This document shows, piece by piece, positions 13,640-24,400 of a stretch of DNA of 64,000 bases. The notes under the pieces are model-generated. The model saw nothing but the letters and a program-made list of their open reading frames with translations. It did no database searches and was not told where the DNA came from. The DNA lies in NCBI GenBank assembly GCA_024704765.1, contig JAKMXF010000321.1:124001-188000 (forward strand), read 5' to 3'. Made by a program: the position numbers and the translations under genes. Every line of letters starts with the position of its first letter. The first letter of the stretch is position 1. The DNA comes from Oopsacas minuta. Its lineage: Eukaryota > Animalia > Porifera.

Positions 13640-13884
13640 TAATTAGAATAATTAATTTTGTATATACATTTGTTTTAACACCTTTGTACAGAGGTTTTCT
13701 AGGTGATTGGCTGACACCTAAAGTGTCATTCAACAACCATGAAAGAGGACACAATGTGCTGACTGCTGTAATTAGTACAGAATCAAAATGATATATCCCA
13801 CTATGAATATTTATAATTCCAGTAGACTCCACTCAATAGTGTTATACAATAAACACAACAAACAAACATTTCCAAACAATAACA
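13640..13884. repeat. Copy 1 of the duplicated flank of the 684-aa ORF (contains a micro-inversion)
   Basis: 13640-13770 is the reverse complement of 16365-16494; 13842-13884 is a direct match to 16495-16537. Confidence 0.9.
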
Positions 13885-13932
13885 ACTTATTGTTTCAACT
13901 AATGAAAGTAATAATTAACTAATTTGGTAGAA

Positions 13933-13933
13933 T

Positions 13934-13973
<40 letters not shown>
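13933..13973 (+). repeat. (AAC)n microsatellite
   Basis: Direct reading. Confidence 0.9.
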
Positions 13974-13975
<2 letters not shown>

Positions 13976-14214
13976 ATCTAAATATGACTTTCGCCATTGA
14001 AAATTAAATTTTGAGATTTTCAGTTTCATAGAAAGCAATTATGCAATTGTGTCGCTAATTGTGTCTATTATTAAGCCACATTATGAAACACATTACTTCA
14101 CATAGAAAGTAATACTTAATTCTAATACAAATTCTAAAGAAGAGATATTTCTATAAAAGAACTGAAGACAACATTTATAATAAATAAATATTAACTGAAG
14201 ACAAAGAATTTGAA

Positions 14215-16269
14215 ATGGCAACAAACATGAGCCAGGTAACACCTTCAAAAGCTGAGAAGATGTTGAAGAAGTACCAGGATAGATTAAAGGAAATTCTGTC
14301 CATTGACTTACTAGAACTTACAGTGAACGAAATTTCCGAATTGTCTAGAGGGTTCCAGTTGGAAATGGAAACTCTAAATAGCAAGAAGGCCTCCGTACTG
14401 TCCACAGAAACACGTGTATCCTTGAAGGAACGATATACCGGAATAATACAGGAGTACAGGAATATTGCTAGGATACCAAATATCCTCAATGAAATGGAAA
14501 GAATTACAGCGACATATGACGTAAACATTGATAGAATTCTTAACAAGTTATCACCTCTCTACAAAGATTATGAATCTGTAATCTCCAGTAAAATACTTCC
14601 TGTCCCTCTCAAAGATTCATTCCAGGAGCCATACGACCAGCATTTAGAGAAAATATCTCTACTAATCATCCATGACTACCTCCCTACTGATATCAAAGAC
14701 AGCCTCTTCTACATAGAGAGGACTCTAGCAGAACCTTCCCTATACTCCCTAAACGGTCTCATCATGTGGAAGGAGACAGCTGAGCAAAAGATTCATAGAA
14801 TTCAGAATTTGCTAGTCCCTAGACTCCCAAAACCGATCGAGAGTGTGATAGTAAAGAGATACGAATCTCTGAGATTGAGACTGAAGGCAGAGATCTTAAA
14901 GATGAGGACTTATCCTATTCCAGAACCTTGGTGTTCATGTTGTATGAGGAAGGAAATGACACACTTGATTGAGGGAGAATTCATTTTCTATGTAGATCCT
15001 GAAATAAAGGAAGACATGAAACCAGTGAATCCATCCAAGAGAGACCTGCTTCCCGGGGGTATCACACGTCAGGAGTATGACATGAGGTTAAACAGACTCA
15101 ATATGGAGTATGCGATAGCTAGAGATGAGTTAGAAACCAGGAATGCAGATAGGATAGAAGAGAAATGCAAAGAGATGGAGGATTGTTATGCAGTTGTTGA
15201 GGAGAAGAGAGTGACTTTCACATTCAATGAACTATCTTTCCTGTACAGAGACGCTAGGTCTCTAGAATATCTCGTCAGGAAGAATAAGGAGGATAAGGAT
15301 TTGAAGGAAATATATGATATAATACAAAGAACGATCCGTCACTATTACGACAACAGAATAGACATTCCTTCATTTGCTATCGACACTGATAACGATCCCA
15401 TGTGGATAGCTCCACCCAAAGAAGAGAGGAACAGCCCTGTAGCATCTGGTGTTGATAGAGGTGGAGGAAGTCACCAATTAGATACACTAACTGATATAAT
15501 TGCGGTTATGAATAACGTAATAGTAGCGGATAGATACGGTGATACAGTCACACTCTACAGGGCTAGAGATCTTGCAGCTACAGTTTCGCATCATGATCCT
15601 CATTTAGCTACTACTCCTGTCTCATTGACATACTTCAAACAGTCCGTATTCGTGTGCTATACGAGTTTATTAGTACAATTCAGCTTAACATGGAAAGATA
15701 GTAAAGTACATATACCTGACATGAATCGTGAACACACCATCTCAATACCACAGGCTTGTTGTACCTCCCCTAACAGTAAGCATTTGTATGTGGGGACTCT
15801 TAAGCCCAGTCTCATCCGTATGCAGGTAGATCCTCTCCGTATAGAACAAGAATACCCACTCAATCCTATCTTGCATACCAAGATACCTAACAGGCATCCA
15901 TGGCTACAGAACATGAAGGCTGTTGGGGATTATGTTATATGTCTCTTCACAGGATCTCCCTCTCCTCTACAAATCTTCTCTCTAAAAGGAGTACTCATAA
16001 GGTCTATACTCACAGAGGATCAGATAGTAGGAGCATACAACTTCAACCTGTTCTATAATCCTATCACAGATGAATTGAGAATATACATATGTGATTTCTG
16101 GGATAATTCCATCAAAGTGTTTGGCCTGTCTGGTAAATTCATAGAAACAGTTTGTGAGACAGGACATGGACTGTGTCAAATATTCCGTCCCTCTTGCATA
16201 TTTATAGAAGACTCTGGCTATGCTACAGTTGGTGACATGAAGGAGGACAACTGTCTACAGAGGCTCTAA
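14215..16269 (+). CDS. Intronless 684-aa protein: helical/coiled-coil N-terminus, NHL-like beta-propeller C-terminus
   Basis: Long uninterrupted ORF; C-terminal IYICDFWDNSIKVFGLSGKFIETV..GHGLCQIFRPSCIFIED resembles NHL repeats. Confidence 0.7.
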   Translation: MATNMSQVTPSKAEKMLKKYQDRLKEILSIDLLELTVNEISELSRGFQLEMETLNSKKASVLSTETRVSLKERYTGIIQEYRNIARIPNILNEMERITATYDVNIDRILNKLSPLYKDYESVISSKILPVPLKDSFQEPYDQHLEKISLLIIHDYLPTDIKDSLFYIERTLAEPSLYSLNGLIMWKETAEQKIHRIQNLLVPRLPKPIESVIVKRYESLRLRLKAEILKMRTYPIPEPWCSCCMRKEMTHLIEGEFIFYVDPEIKEDMKPVNPSKRDLLPGGITRQEYDMRLNRLNMEYAIARDELETRNADRIEEKCKEMEDCYAVVEEKRVTFTFNELSFLYRDARSLEYLVRKNKEDKDLKEIYDIIQRTIRHYYDNRIDIPSFAIDTDNDPMWIAPPKEERNSPVASGVDRGGGSHQLDTLTDIIAVMNNVIVADRYGDTVTLYRARDLAATVSHHDPHLATTPVSLTYFKQSVFVCYTSLLVQFSLTWKDSKVHIPDMNREHTISIPQACCTSPNSKHLYVGTLKPSLIRMQVDPLRIEQEYPLNPILHTKIPNRHPWLQNMKAVGDYVICLFTGSPSPLQIFSLKGVLIRSILTEDQIVGAYNFNLFYNPITDELRIYICDFWDNSIKVFGLSGKFIETVCETGHGLCQIFRPSCIFIEDSGYATVGDMKEDNCLQRL

Positions 16270-16364
16270 TCTCCTGTCCCATTGTTTATTATTATTATTA
16301 TTATTATTATTATTTGTTGTTTATTTCCCAATTATAGTGATTAGTGTGTTTATACATTTACTAG

Positions 16365-16537
16365 TACAGCAGTCAGCACATTGTGTCTCTTTCATGGCTG
16401 CTGAATGACACTTTAGGTGCCAGCCAATCACCCAGAAAACCTCTGTACAAAGGTGTTAAAACAAATGTATATACAGAATTAATTATTCTAATTATTATAC
16501 AATAAAAACAACAAACAAACATTTCCAAACAATAACA
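16365..16537. repeat. Copy 2 of the duplicated flank
   Basis: Matches 13640-13770 (inverted) and 13842-13884 (direct). Confidence 0.9.
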
Positions 16538-16585
16538 GTCAATAAGTTATAAATTAGGGAAAACAAACAAACAAACAAACAAATC

Positions 16586-17026
16586 TCAATTGAAATGTGA
16601 TAAAAATGTGACACAAGTTAGAATATAATTCATTTCATCAATCAGTTTCCATACCAATCTAGCTGTTGAGTTGCTAGGCAATTCTTCAGGAATTGTTACT
16701 TCTTTAACCACTGTCACATTTTTAAATTCATAAAGTGGACACCCAAAACAACATTCACACCCATTTTCACTCATTAATTTAACCGACACATTTGCATGTT
16801 TAAAATAGAATCTGGCATTCAGTGTCATTGTCACATTTTTGACATCTATTATTGGCATAAAATTCATTGACACCTTTACGGATTCATTACGTGTGAAATT
16901 ACACATATTATTCACACATCCGGTTATGTCCACATCGAAAAGTGCCGCGTGTTCTGAGCCACAATCTCGAAACGAAAAGAAAAGTGGCAGACAAATAAAT
17001 ATCAATATAAATATGATGTATCGCAT
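16586..17026 (-). CDS. NPC2-like ML-domain lipid-binding protein
   Basis: Signal peptide followed by FRDCGS..VDITGC..C.F.RN...GCPL..LVWKLID....TC, the ML-domain cysteine pattern. Confidence 0.82.
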   Translation of the reverse strand: MRYIIFILIFICLPLFFSFRDCGSEHAALFDVDITGCVNNMCNFTRNESVKVSMNFMPIIDVKNVTMTLNARFYFKHANVSVKLMSENGCECCFGCPLYEFKNVTVVKEVTIPEELPSNSTARLVWKLIDEMNYILTCVTFLSHFN

Positions 17027-17808
17027 TTGACCAATAAGAATTGAGAGCGCCTAGCGAATTTGTATTTGTAGGTGAATGGGAAAACTTAGACTGAAAAGCA
17101 GATGTAACCAGCCAATGAAATCAATGGAAACACTAATTGTTTGCTTAATGTATGCATTCAAATACGCAGAATTTATTTATGATATTTGAGTAAACAAAAA
17201 CACATCAGTTTTGATGGGATATTACGCTGATTATATTCATGTACGAAAGTACGATTTTGAGCTGTGCGGACAGCGATGGCGAAATAAGTGAAGGCATATA
17301 AAACAATTTTGTTGTTAAAATACAGTTTTTGTTCGCATATAGAGTTAAGTATATCTAAGCTTAAGGGACCGTGATAGTTACTTAGATATAACCTATGGAA
17401 TATATGCTACTTGACTGTTTATTATCATATTTGTATTGACATATAATCCACCTTCATGCCTGCGACACATGCTTAATAGGCAGAGGATTGGGGACTTAAA
17501 ACAGCCCTGGAAACTATTCGGAAACAAATTAAGCTCGTCAACTAGCGGCCCACCAGGAAAATTTCCTGGTGGCCCCTGTCAATATAAATAAGCTGTATGA
17601 CACAAGACAATATGTGGCTCATATTTGATAGTTACCCTTAGAGTTAATATTCACTTTTTATAAAATCAATGAAATAATAATTCACTCAAATATACAAGAT
17701 GATATCACATATATATCTATTTTCACATAAGTTCCAAAATAAAAAAGCCGAGGGGTAAATAAAAGATTGAAATTCAATAAATTTGTTTAGAAAACCAAAA
17801 AAAGGAAA

Positions 17809-18252
17809 TTATTTGAATAATGAAATAAAATCGGAAAAAATTTTTTTAACTTTCGTCATCACCCATACACAGGCCCCTTTGATGCCTTCATACACAGCCT
17901 GAAATACATCTCTAATACTCTTCATTAACCATCTAAAAGCCTTCTTCAAATATTGTATCATCTCTTGAAAAAAATTCAATTTTTCTCGTCTTTCCTTTTT
18001 GGTATCATTCATTGTCGATCTACAAAAGTTTCGAGCCGTGTGATAACATTCGTCGGTACTATTCTTTATTTTCTTATCCACCCTATCGTTATATCTGTCA
18101 AGATCTTCTTGAGTTTGAATTTCTGAATTAGCCATATCCGTAAATTCTTTAGCAAGACCTTCAGATAGCTCGGAAACATTACTGTTCAGGTCACTAAATA
18201 AATCATCCCTTCTTCGCCCCTGTTCCACGTCAAGTTCCGGTAATTCGTCCAT
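17809..18252 (-). CDS. Orphan helical protein with amphipathic C-terminal helices
   Basis: Intronless ORF from ATG 18252; periodic hydrophobic pattern YLKKAFRWLMKSIRDVFQAVYEGIKGACVWVMTKVKKIFSDFISLF. Confidence 0.55.
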   Translation of the reverse strand: MDELPELDVEQGRRRDDLFSDLNSNVSELSEGLAKEFTDMANSEIQTQEDLDRYNDRVDKKIKNSTDECYHTARNFCRSTMNDTKKERREKLNFFQEMIQYLKKAFRWLMKSIRDVFQAVYEGIKGACVWVMTKVKKIFSDFISLFK

Positions 18253-18727
18253 TCTCCTAGATTTCAATAAAATTCGGACGTATTATTTCAGTACATTATT
18301 ATCAAATATTACATAATTTGGTTAACTATTCCTGAGATTTCTCATTAACAATTCGAGAACTACTGTTTGGATGCAAAATAATAATGGCAGAAATCAGCCC
18401 ATCAGGTGTTAAGTCACCAAAAAATTGTAGATTGAATGTGTAATACATATGATACAACTGAGTACAGCTCTTATAGGGGGATGTCCTATTGGCATGGACA
18501 ATGTAGGACGTTTGTCCGTATGCAGTGTCCTTGGAATTCTCACAGGCCAGTATGTTATGAAATTGGTACATTTTGGGATATGGTGCACAATAAATGTAGA
18601 GTAAACAAGGGTGCTATAGTTATAAAAGTAGTAAACAAAAAACAAAAACACAAATAGTTATTCTCAAATCATAGCAACTTCTTTACAAATCAGAGTTCAT
18701 AAACTGAATTTGTAATTTATTTATATA

Positions 18728-19972
18728 TTATTTTAGTTCCTCTTCAGTAACACCTTGTACTGCTAGTTCCATTTTGATATTTTTCAGGAAATTAGGGTCT
18801 GGGAATCCATGTCCTGAGGTATTAGAGTGTGGCTCAGTCTTGTGATGGATGTTATTCCATACGACACAATTCGGGCAGCCAGTTGTGACACTAGTTCCAA
18901 TTGTGAAAATTAGGCGCCGTTTCCAAGCTAAGTTCAATAGTTCCAAAACGGTTTTCCCTTCAGGACAATCTGGTACATAACAAACACGTGGGAAACCAGC
19001 CGCATTATACTTGGTTCCAGTTTCACTTACTCCGTGATGGAAACCATACCGAATTTTTATAGTTCCATATCCCTCATAACCTGGAACTGAACTACCTTCA
19101 CGTGTTACAAGCATAGTTCCATTTACAGGTTGGTCTCCAGTTTTAACACCATGGATAGTTTGGCAAATCGGACAAGAAATCGATAATTCGTTTACTTTCA
19201 TATTTGGTGTCGAATCAAGCATAGTTCCAATACAAACCATGTGGAAAATGTGTGAACACTTTTTGAGCGCGCAAACCACATCAAGTGGCATACTGGAACT
19301 ACGGGATTTTTTAGGAATATCTACGTCAGCTGGTTCCAGGAGAAGTGTTAGGCAAATAGGACACATTTCATCTTTCGGCACTTTTTCGCCATTTTTTATT
19401 TCAGTGTAATTATGGAAAAAAGTGTCGTATGTACCAATGGCACGCGGGAATTTATTAGGTTCGTGTTTGTATTTCTTTCTTGGCATTATGGGAGGTGCAG
19501 AAATTGTGTCGTCATGTGACGGAGGTGGTTTAGGTGTCGGGCTTGACTTTGTGCCACTTTTCCTGGGAGCGGAAATTGGCCGTGAAAATGAGAGATCTGA
19601 AGTGGCAGGAATAGTTGCAATTGGAACTGGGAGTGGCATATGATATGTGAAACTTGCTGGTTGCAGATAAGTGGCAGGGATTTGTGGCATAATTGAAGCG
19701 CCATGTGGCACTAATGGAAGCCTAACAGGAAGTGACATAGTGTCAGTTCCAATTTCACTCCTTTTGATATCTCTTTTTGTTCCAGTAGAAATATTTATTT
19801 GTTTCTTATTTAACAAATCAACAGTATAAGTATGACTATATGTTTTTATACATAGCTCTTTAGTTCCAGTTTGGTAAGTATTCTCGATTGAAGTGTTAGA
19901 ATTTACATCATATGGTGTCCAATTGGCACCATCATTGAAATACCATTGAACCATGCCACCTGAGGAAGCCAT
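18728..19972 (-). CDS. DTX: Deltex-family E3 ubiquitin ligase (one WWE, RING-H2, DTC domain), intronless
   Basis: WWE VQWYF..WTPYD..IE; RING CPICL..CSHIFHMVC..CPIC; DTC FPRVCYVPD..LAWKRRLIFTIGTS..IHHKT..GHGFPDP. Confidence 0.92.
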   Translation of the reverse strand: MASSGGMVQWYFNDGANWTPYDVNSNTSIENTYQTGTKELCIKTYSHTYTVDLLNKKQINISTGTKRDIKRSEIGTDTMSLPVRLPLVPHGASIMPQIPATYLQPASFTYHMPLPVPIATIPATSDLSFSRPISAPRKSGTKSSPTPKPPPSHDDTISAPPIMPRKKYKHEPNKFPRAIGTYDTFFHNYTEIKNGEKVPKDEMCPICLTLLLEPADVDIPKKSRSSSMPLDVVCALKKCSHIFHMVCIGTMLDSTPNMKVNELSISCPICQTIHGVKTGDQPVNGTMLVTREGSSVPGYEGYGTIKIRYGFHHGVSETGTKYNAAGFPRVCYVPDCPEGKTVLELLNLAWKRRLIFTIGTSVTTGCPNCVVWNNIHHKTEPHSNTSGHGFPDPNFLKNIKMELAVQGVTEEELK

Positions 19973-20186
19973 TGAGAGGTGACAATAATTGGAATTATGT
20001 ATTAAACAAGCTAGTATGTGTAACAATATTCATATAAAGTTATTAAACTGGAACCAAAGGTGTTACAATTATAACATACCCGAGAGAGGTCATAAAATGG
20101 TCCAAATTACCCCAATGAATAACACCTACATATATTGACACCTCATAAAAATAGTTTAATGCTGATATTTGATTGGTTTAAATAAA

Positions 20187-21117
20187 TCAATTCTCGGAAT
20201 TTGGTTCCTCTTTTTCTTCAATTAAATCTGAGTTTAAGTTTATAGGTGTATATGGTTGTAAATTGGCGCCCGTTTCAAAGCCCCCTGTTGGCACATAGGG
20301 TTCATAATCTGATCCCAACTCTGTGATCTCATTGGTCGACAGAGAACTGATCCCTTTCGACTCCTGGGCGCCAAATGGACTGATAAGTTCATCAGCCAAT
20401 GAAATGTCTCCCCGCTGTATTTCAGTTGGCACTGTGGGTATATAAGGCTCAATTTCTTGCTCAACTGGCGAGGTGTCAAAATGTGGCGTTAATGTGTCGG
20501 GGGTGAACTCAGAAAGTGGCGTTTGTATAATATCTTGGTTCCGGTTTTGAATCTGGTAGAATGACTGGTCTTTTATAGTTCCAATTTGAAGATCAGTAGG
20601 CTTAATTAGTTCCGGTTCATCTGTTATTTCTGTAGAATATGATTGATTGAATTCTTCCATTAATTGGCCCCATGGATTCTCTAGCATACTAGAACTGTAG
20701 TATTGAGTAATATCAGTTTCATGATAGTTCTAAACAAGTAAACAAACAAGTAAACAAACAAGTAGATAACCAGTAAACAAGCCAATAAACAAATAGGTAA
20801 ACAAGTAAACAAACAAACAAACAAACAAACAAATAAACAATACTTAATACCTTGTGGTAAGATCCTTTTCCTCTGCTTCTCTGCATATTGGAACTGGAAC
20901 CAAATTTATATCTTCCCTTTCCAGAGTGAGATTGTTCAAATTGGAACTGACATTTATAATCACCCGAGTGTCCTGAAGAGAATGGAGAGTTCAATTCTGA
21001 TTGGCCAGGTCGAGGAGGTGGTGGAATAGGTGGTAAAGGTTGGTATCTAGGGTGAGGATTGGAATGTTGTCGCCTGCCACTATTATATCCTCTTTTTTGA
21101 AACCCTCTATTAGCCAT
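20187..21117 (-). CDS. Uncharacterised low-complexity protein(s); the exon join between ORFs 21117-20845 and 20687-20187 is not resolved
   Basis: Arg/Gly/Pro-rich ORF with donor AAG|GTATTA; acidic Pro-rich downstream ORF; no phase-matching acceptor found. Confidence 0.4.
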
Positions 21118-21440
21118 TTCACAGATTTGTTGCTATTATATACAATAAATATTATCTTTAAATAGTAGCCAGGGTGATTATTCATATTTTAACACCCTAT
21201 GACGGGGGGACATAACATATAATCATATACGACATACCATGAATATATTCACCAACGCCCTAACATGCTACTGTGACGTGTTAGGTCCCAGTTTCCATGG
21301 TTATCTCGCTGGTCTTATACCGAACGGCTGCGAGGAGGACACATGGTCCATATTGTGACCCATGAGATCAAAAACATATATAACATTAGATAAAATAATC
21401 AATAATTACTAGACTACAACATTAGTTCCAATTGGAACTA

Positions 21441-24400
21441 TCAATAAGCAATAGCAGAACCTTGAATATCTAATTCCTTACAAGAAATATTATCAAATAC
21501 CCCTGTGACATCTTCTATCCCATTCAACTTGTCCAACACTTGGGCGGTTTCTTCGAATTGATCAGCTGTCAGCTGTGAATGCAATCTGGGAAAAAATTCT
21601 GTCCTTTGTTCTATAATTATAAATTTCTTTTCCCGAATTAGTTTCGAAGCAAATTGGTATGATTCCAGATCAGTTTTGAACTAAAATATGGAAAATTAAT
21701 TCAGAAGCTATTTTCATATTAAAAGGTGTGAAAATATGATTAATCACATGATAAATATGTGTCATGGTACAGTTCGGACTTTGTAAACTCAGAATAGTAT
21801 TCGATGCATTCACTTACCCCTCACAATGTGTGATAATTCACTTACAAGAACCAATTATAGTTCCCTGTTGTTAATATAGAACCATGAATTATATGAAAAA
21901 AATAGAATTAAATAAATTGTCCAGGAGAGTACTCCAGTCCTTATCGAGGGTGTTAAGTGACCTGTGAACGCTAAGTGAGGTCATTTTGCTGACACAATAA
22001 CTACACCTTCCCCGGATGGTCCTACTTTGATCAGTCCAATTTTTGTAGCCCGATTGGGCCAAACACTAGCCCAATAAAGATACAATTCACAATTGAAAAC
22101 TCAAAATTCCACTTTAACCTGCCAAAATTCTGTATCAGACTCATCTTTCTGTATAGAACAATTTTCCGCGCCTATTTCTATTGCAAATTCCTCTATCTAA
22201 ATTGGAACTGAAACTAAACATTTATTCATATAAATACAAAACTATACTCACATCAATTGCAGTGGAATCTGGAATGACTACATCAATTATACCTAAGAAA
22301 ATCTGAAATTAGAACAAATTGGAACTAACTTTTGCGAGATAATATTAATATTTCTCTGGGTACACTAGTTTCTATGGTAACCACAGTTGAACATCGGAAT
22401 TTTCCATTTTGTGTGACAAAATCCTTGAATTCCTTTATACTGCCTGACAACCCGAAATATGTCTGTTTGGCGGCAATTATAACAGTTCCATTTGGAACTA
22501 AGGTTTCATCGATTAGTTCCAATAAAGTGAGATAATTGCTAACTTCATAAATTGTTTCTGACATCAAAATTATGTCGAATATAAGCGAATTTTCTTTCGA
22601 ATATGGAACCAAGCTCGACCATGAACCACTGATATATGTTGCATATTTGAATACATCGTCATGGTTACCGATATTCATGAAAGAATGTGGAATAGTTGCA
22701 CATTGCAAAACTTCAATATTGTATTCCTGGAACCAAACTTTTCCCCCTCTTTTGAGCGCCAAAATCCCAGGTAGCCCGATTCCAGTACCTAGTTCCAATA
22801 TCATTTTCCCGCCAAACTCTACTTCCTGACTGGTCAAATATTCTACTAAATCAACAGCCCCTTCCCATAATCTGAAACCACCTTCATAGATACCCGGAAC
22901 TAAATCAGATGGACCCTTAAACCAATCAAATAACAGTGTGTTGTCCTCTGTTTTGGCGCCTGGATAAATTCCATAAATATTTTCGAGTTCTTTGAGAGTT
23001 GGATTGAGGGATAAATTCAATTCTATTCCGTTTATTACACGAACAGTAGGAGTGGAGTAATATGGAACTAAAGTTGGTTCCTGCTGCAGGAATGTGAGTT
23101 CTACCTTTGTGACACTTTTATCCAAAAACTCAGGTTTAGTTTCGATGGTTTCATTTGTGTCACTTGTGACATCAATTGGTGTAAAAAAATTAAATTTGAA
23201 AGCCATTTTTGTATACAAAATTACTCGTAAATGTATGTATTACAAAATTCAATAAAAATATGGTTGGATAACAATTCCACATTTTTGTGACACAATTTTA
23301 ATCTTTTCCAAGGTGGCAACTGAATAATTCAATATTCGATTGGGCCAAATATATTCGCAAAATACCGAAAATAATACAACTGGTACAACCTCGATTATCG
23401 GAACCAACACCCTAGCCATAGTCCCTATTCCACCATGTACAAACCACCTCGATCCTCCAGGTGTTATGATATCCTAATTTTTAGACCTGACCCCAATATT
23501 GGATCACTTACGGTACAACCAAATATTCGTTTCGAAAGCTTTCAGCTTGGGTTTTATCTATTCTTACAAACCCATATAATAAAATTTAGAACAAAAATAT
23601 AATACAAAAATTCAAATTCTTAGTGGAACTATGACTTATCAAAACCCTTTACGAAGTGAGGTGTTACAATTATACCGTATGATCCAAAGGACAGCATATG
23701 ATTGGTCAAGCACAACAACAGACAAAACACAAACAGAGAAACAATACATAATAACAGAATCAAGAAAACAATTCAAAAACAACAAACACCTAACAAACAC
23801 AAACATTATTCAAGACAGAATTACAGAAGGCAAATACAGACTTGAATTGGCGCTTCATTACAAGAATCCATTTCCACGGCTAATTAGTTACCCGCTCAAT
23901 TACGTCACCAATAGTAGAGGAAGGAAAAATACAAAAATATTTCGGCAATCAATACCCGTTTATGTCAAATCAACTTTTGATAAATAACCTTATTTGTTAG
24001 TATAATTCTTACAAATACAACTGTGTACTCATATGCCTATTGCACCATTTTGATAGTTGCCCCTTTCAATGATCTCCCTCACTGAGGGGTGTAGCCAAAT
24101 ACCAAGGAGGTAAACATGGAAACTGGGACATATCACGTTAGGGGTGTTGATGAATATATTCGTGTGTGTTTCAAGTAATACAACAGATCATATCTATTAC
24201 TTCAAATTATATATACAAAATTCACACTCTATAAACAAAACAAACAAATAGTTCCAGTTCCAGTTATGATGCTTTCAATAACCCAAGATCCTTAAGCTCC
24301 TTTTCATTTTCCTTCATGAAAAACTCAATTTGGGGAATTTTGTCCCCTCTTTTTGTCGGTTTCACTGCCTCCAAAAGTTGATTGAAAGTAAATTCTCCCA

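Noticed and set aside
13587-13832. 81-aa minus-strand ORF
   Set aside because: It lies wholly within MITE and duplicated-flank sequence; a chance ORF
18326-18657. Overlapping short ORFs, including a Cys-rich + strand ORF (18436-18657)
   Set aside because: No signal peptide, recognisable domain or clear splice context; the region is probably the Deltex 3' UTR or intergenic
20719-20845. Hydrophobic TM-like segment (VYLFVCLFVCLL..)
   Set aside because: It is the translation of an intronic (TTTG)n-type microsatellite after a GT donor
23230-23560. Candidate TACO1 micro-exons between METTL18 and LYRM1
   Set aside because: The splice phases do not join, and much better matching exons exist at 22292-22119 and 21680-21441
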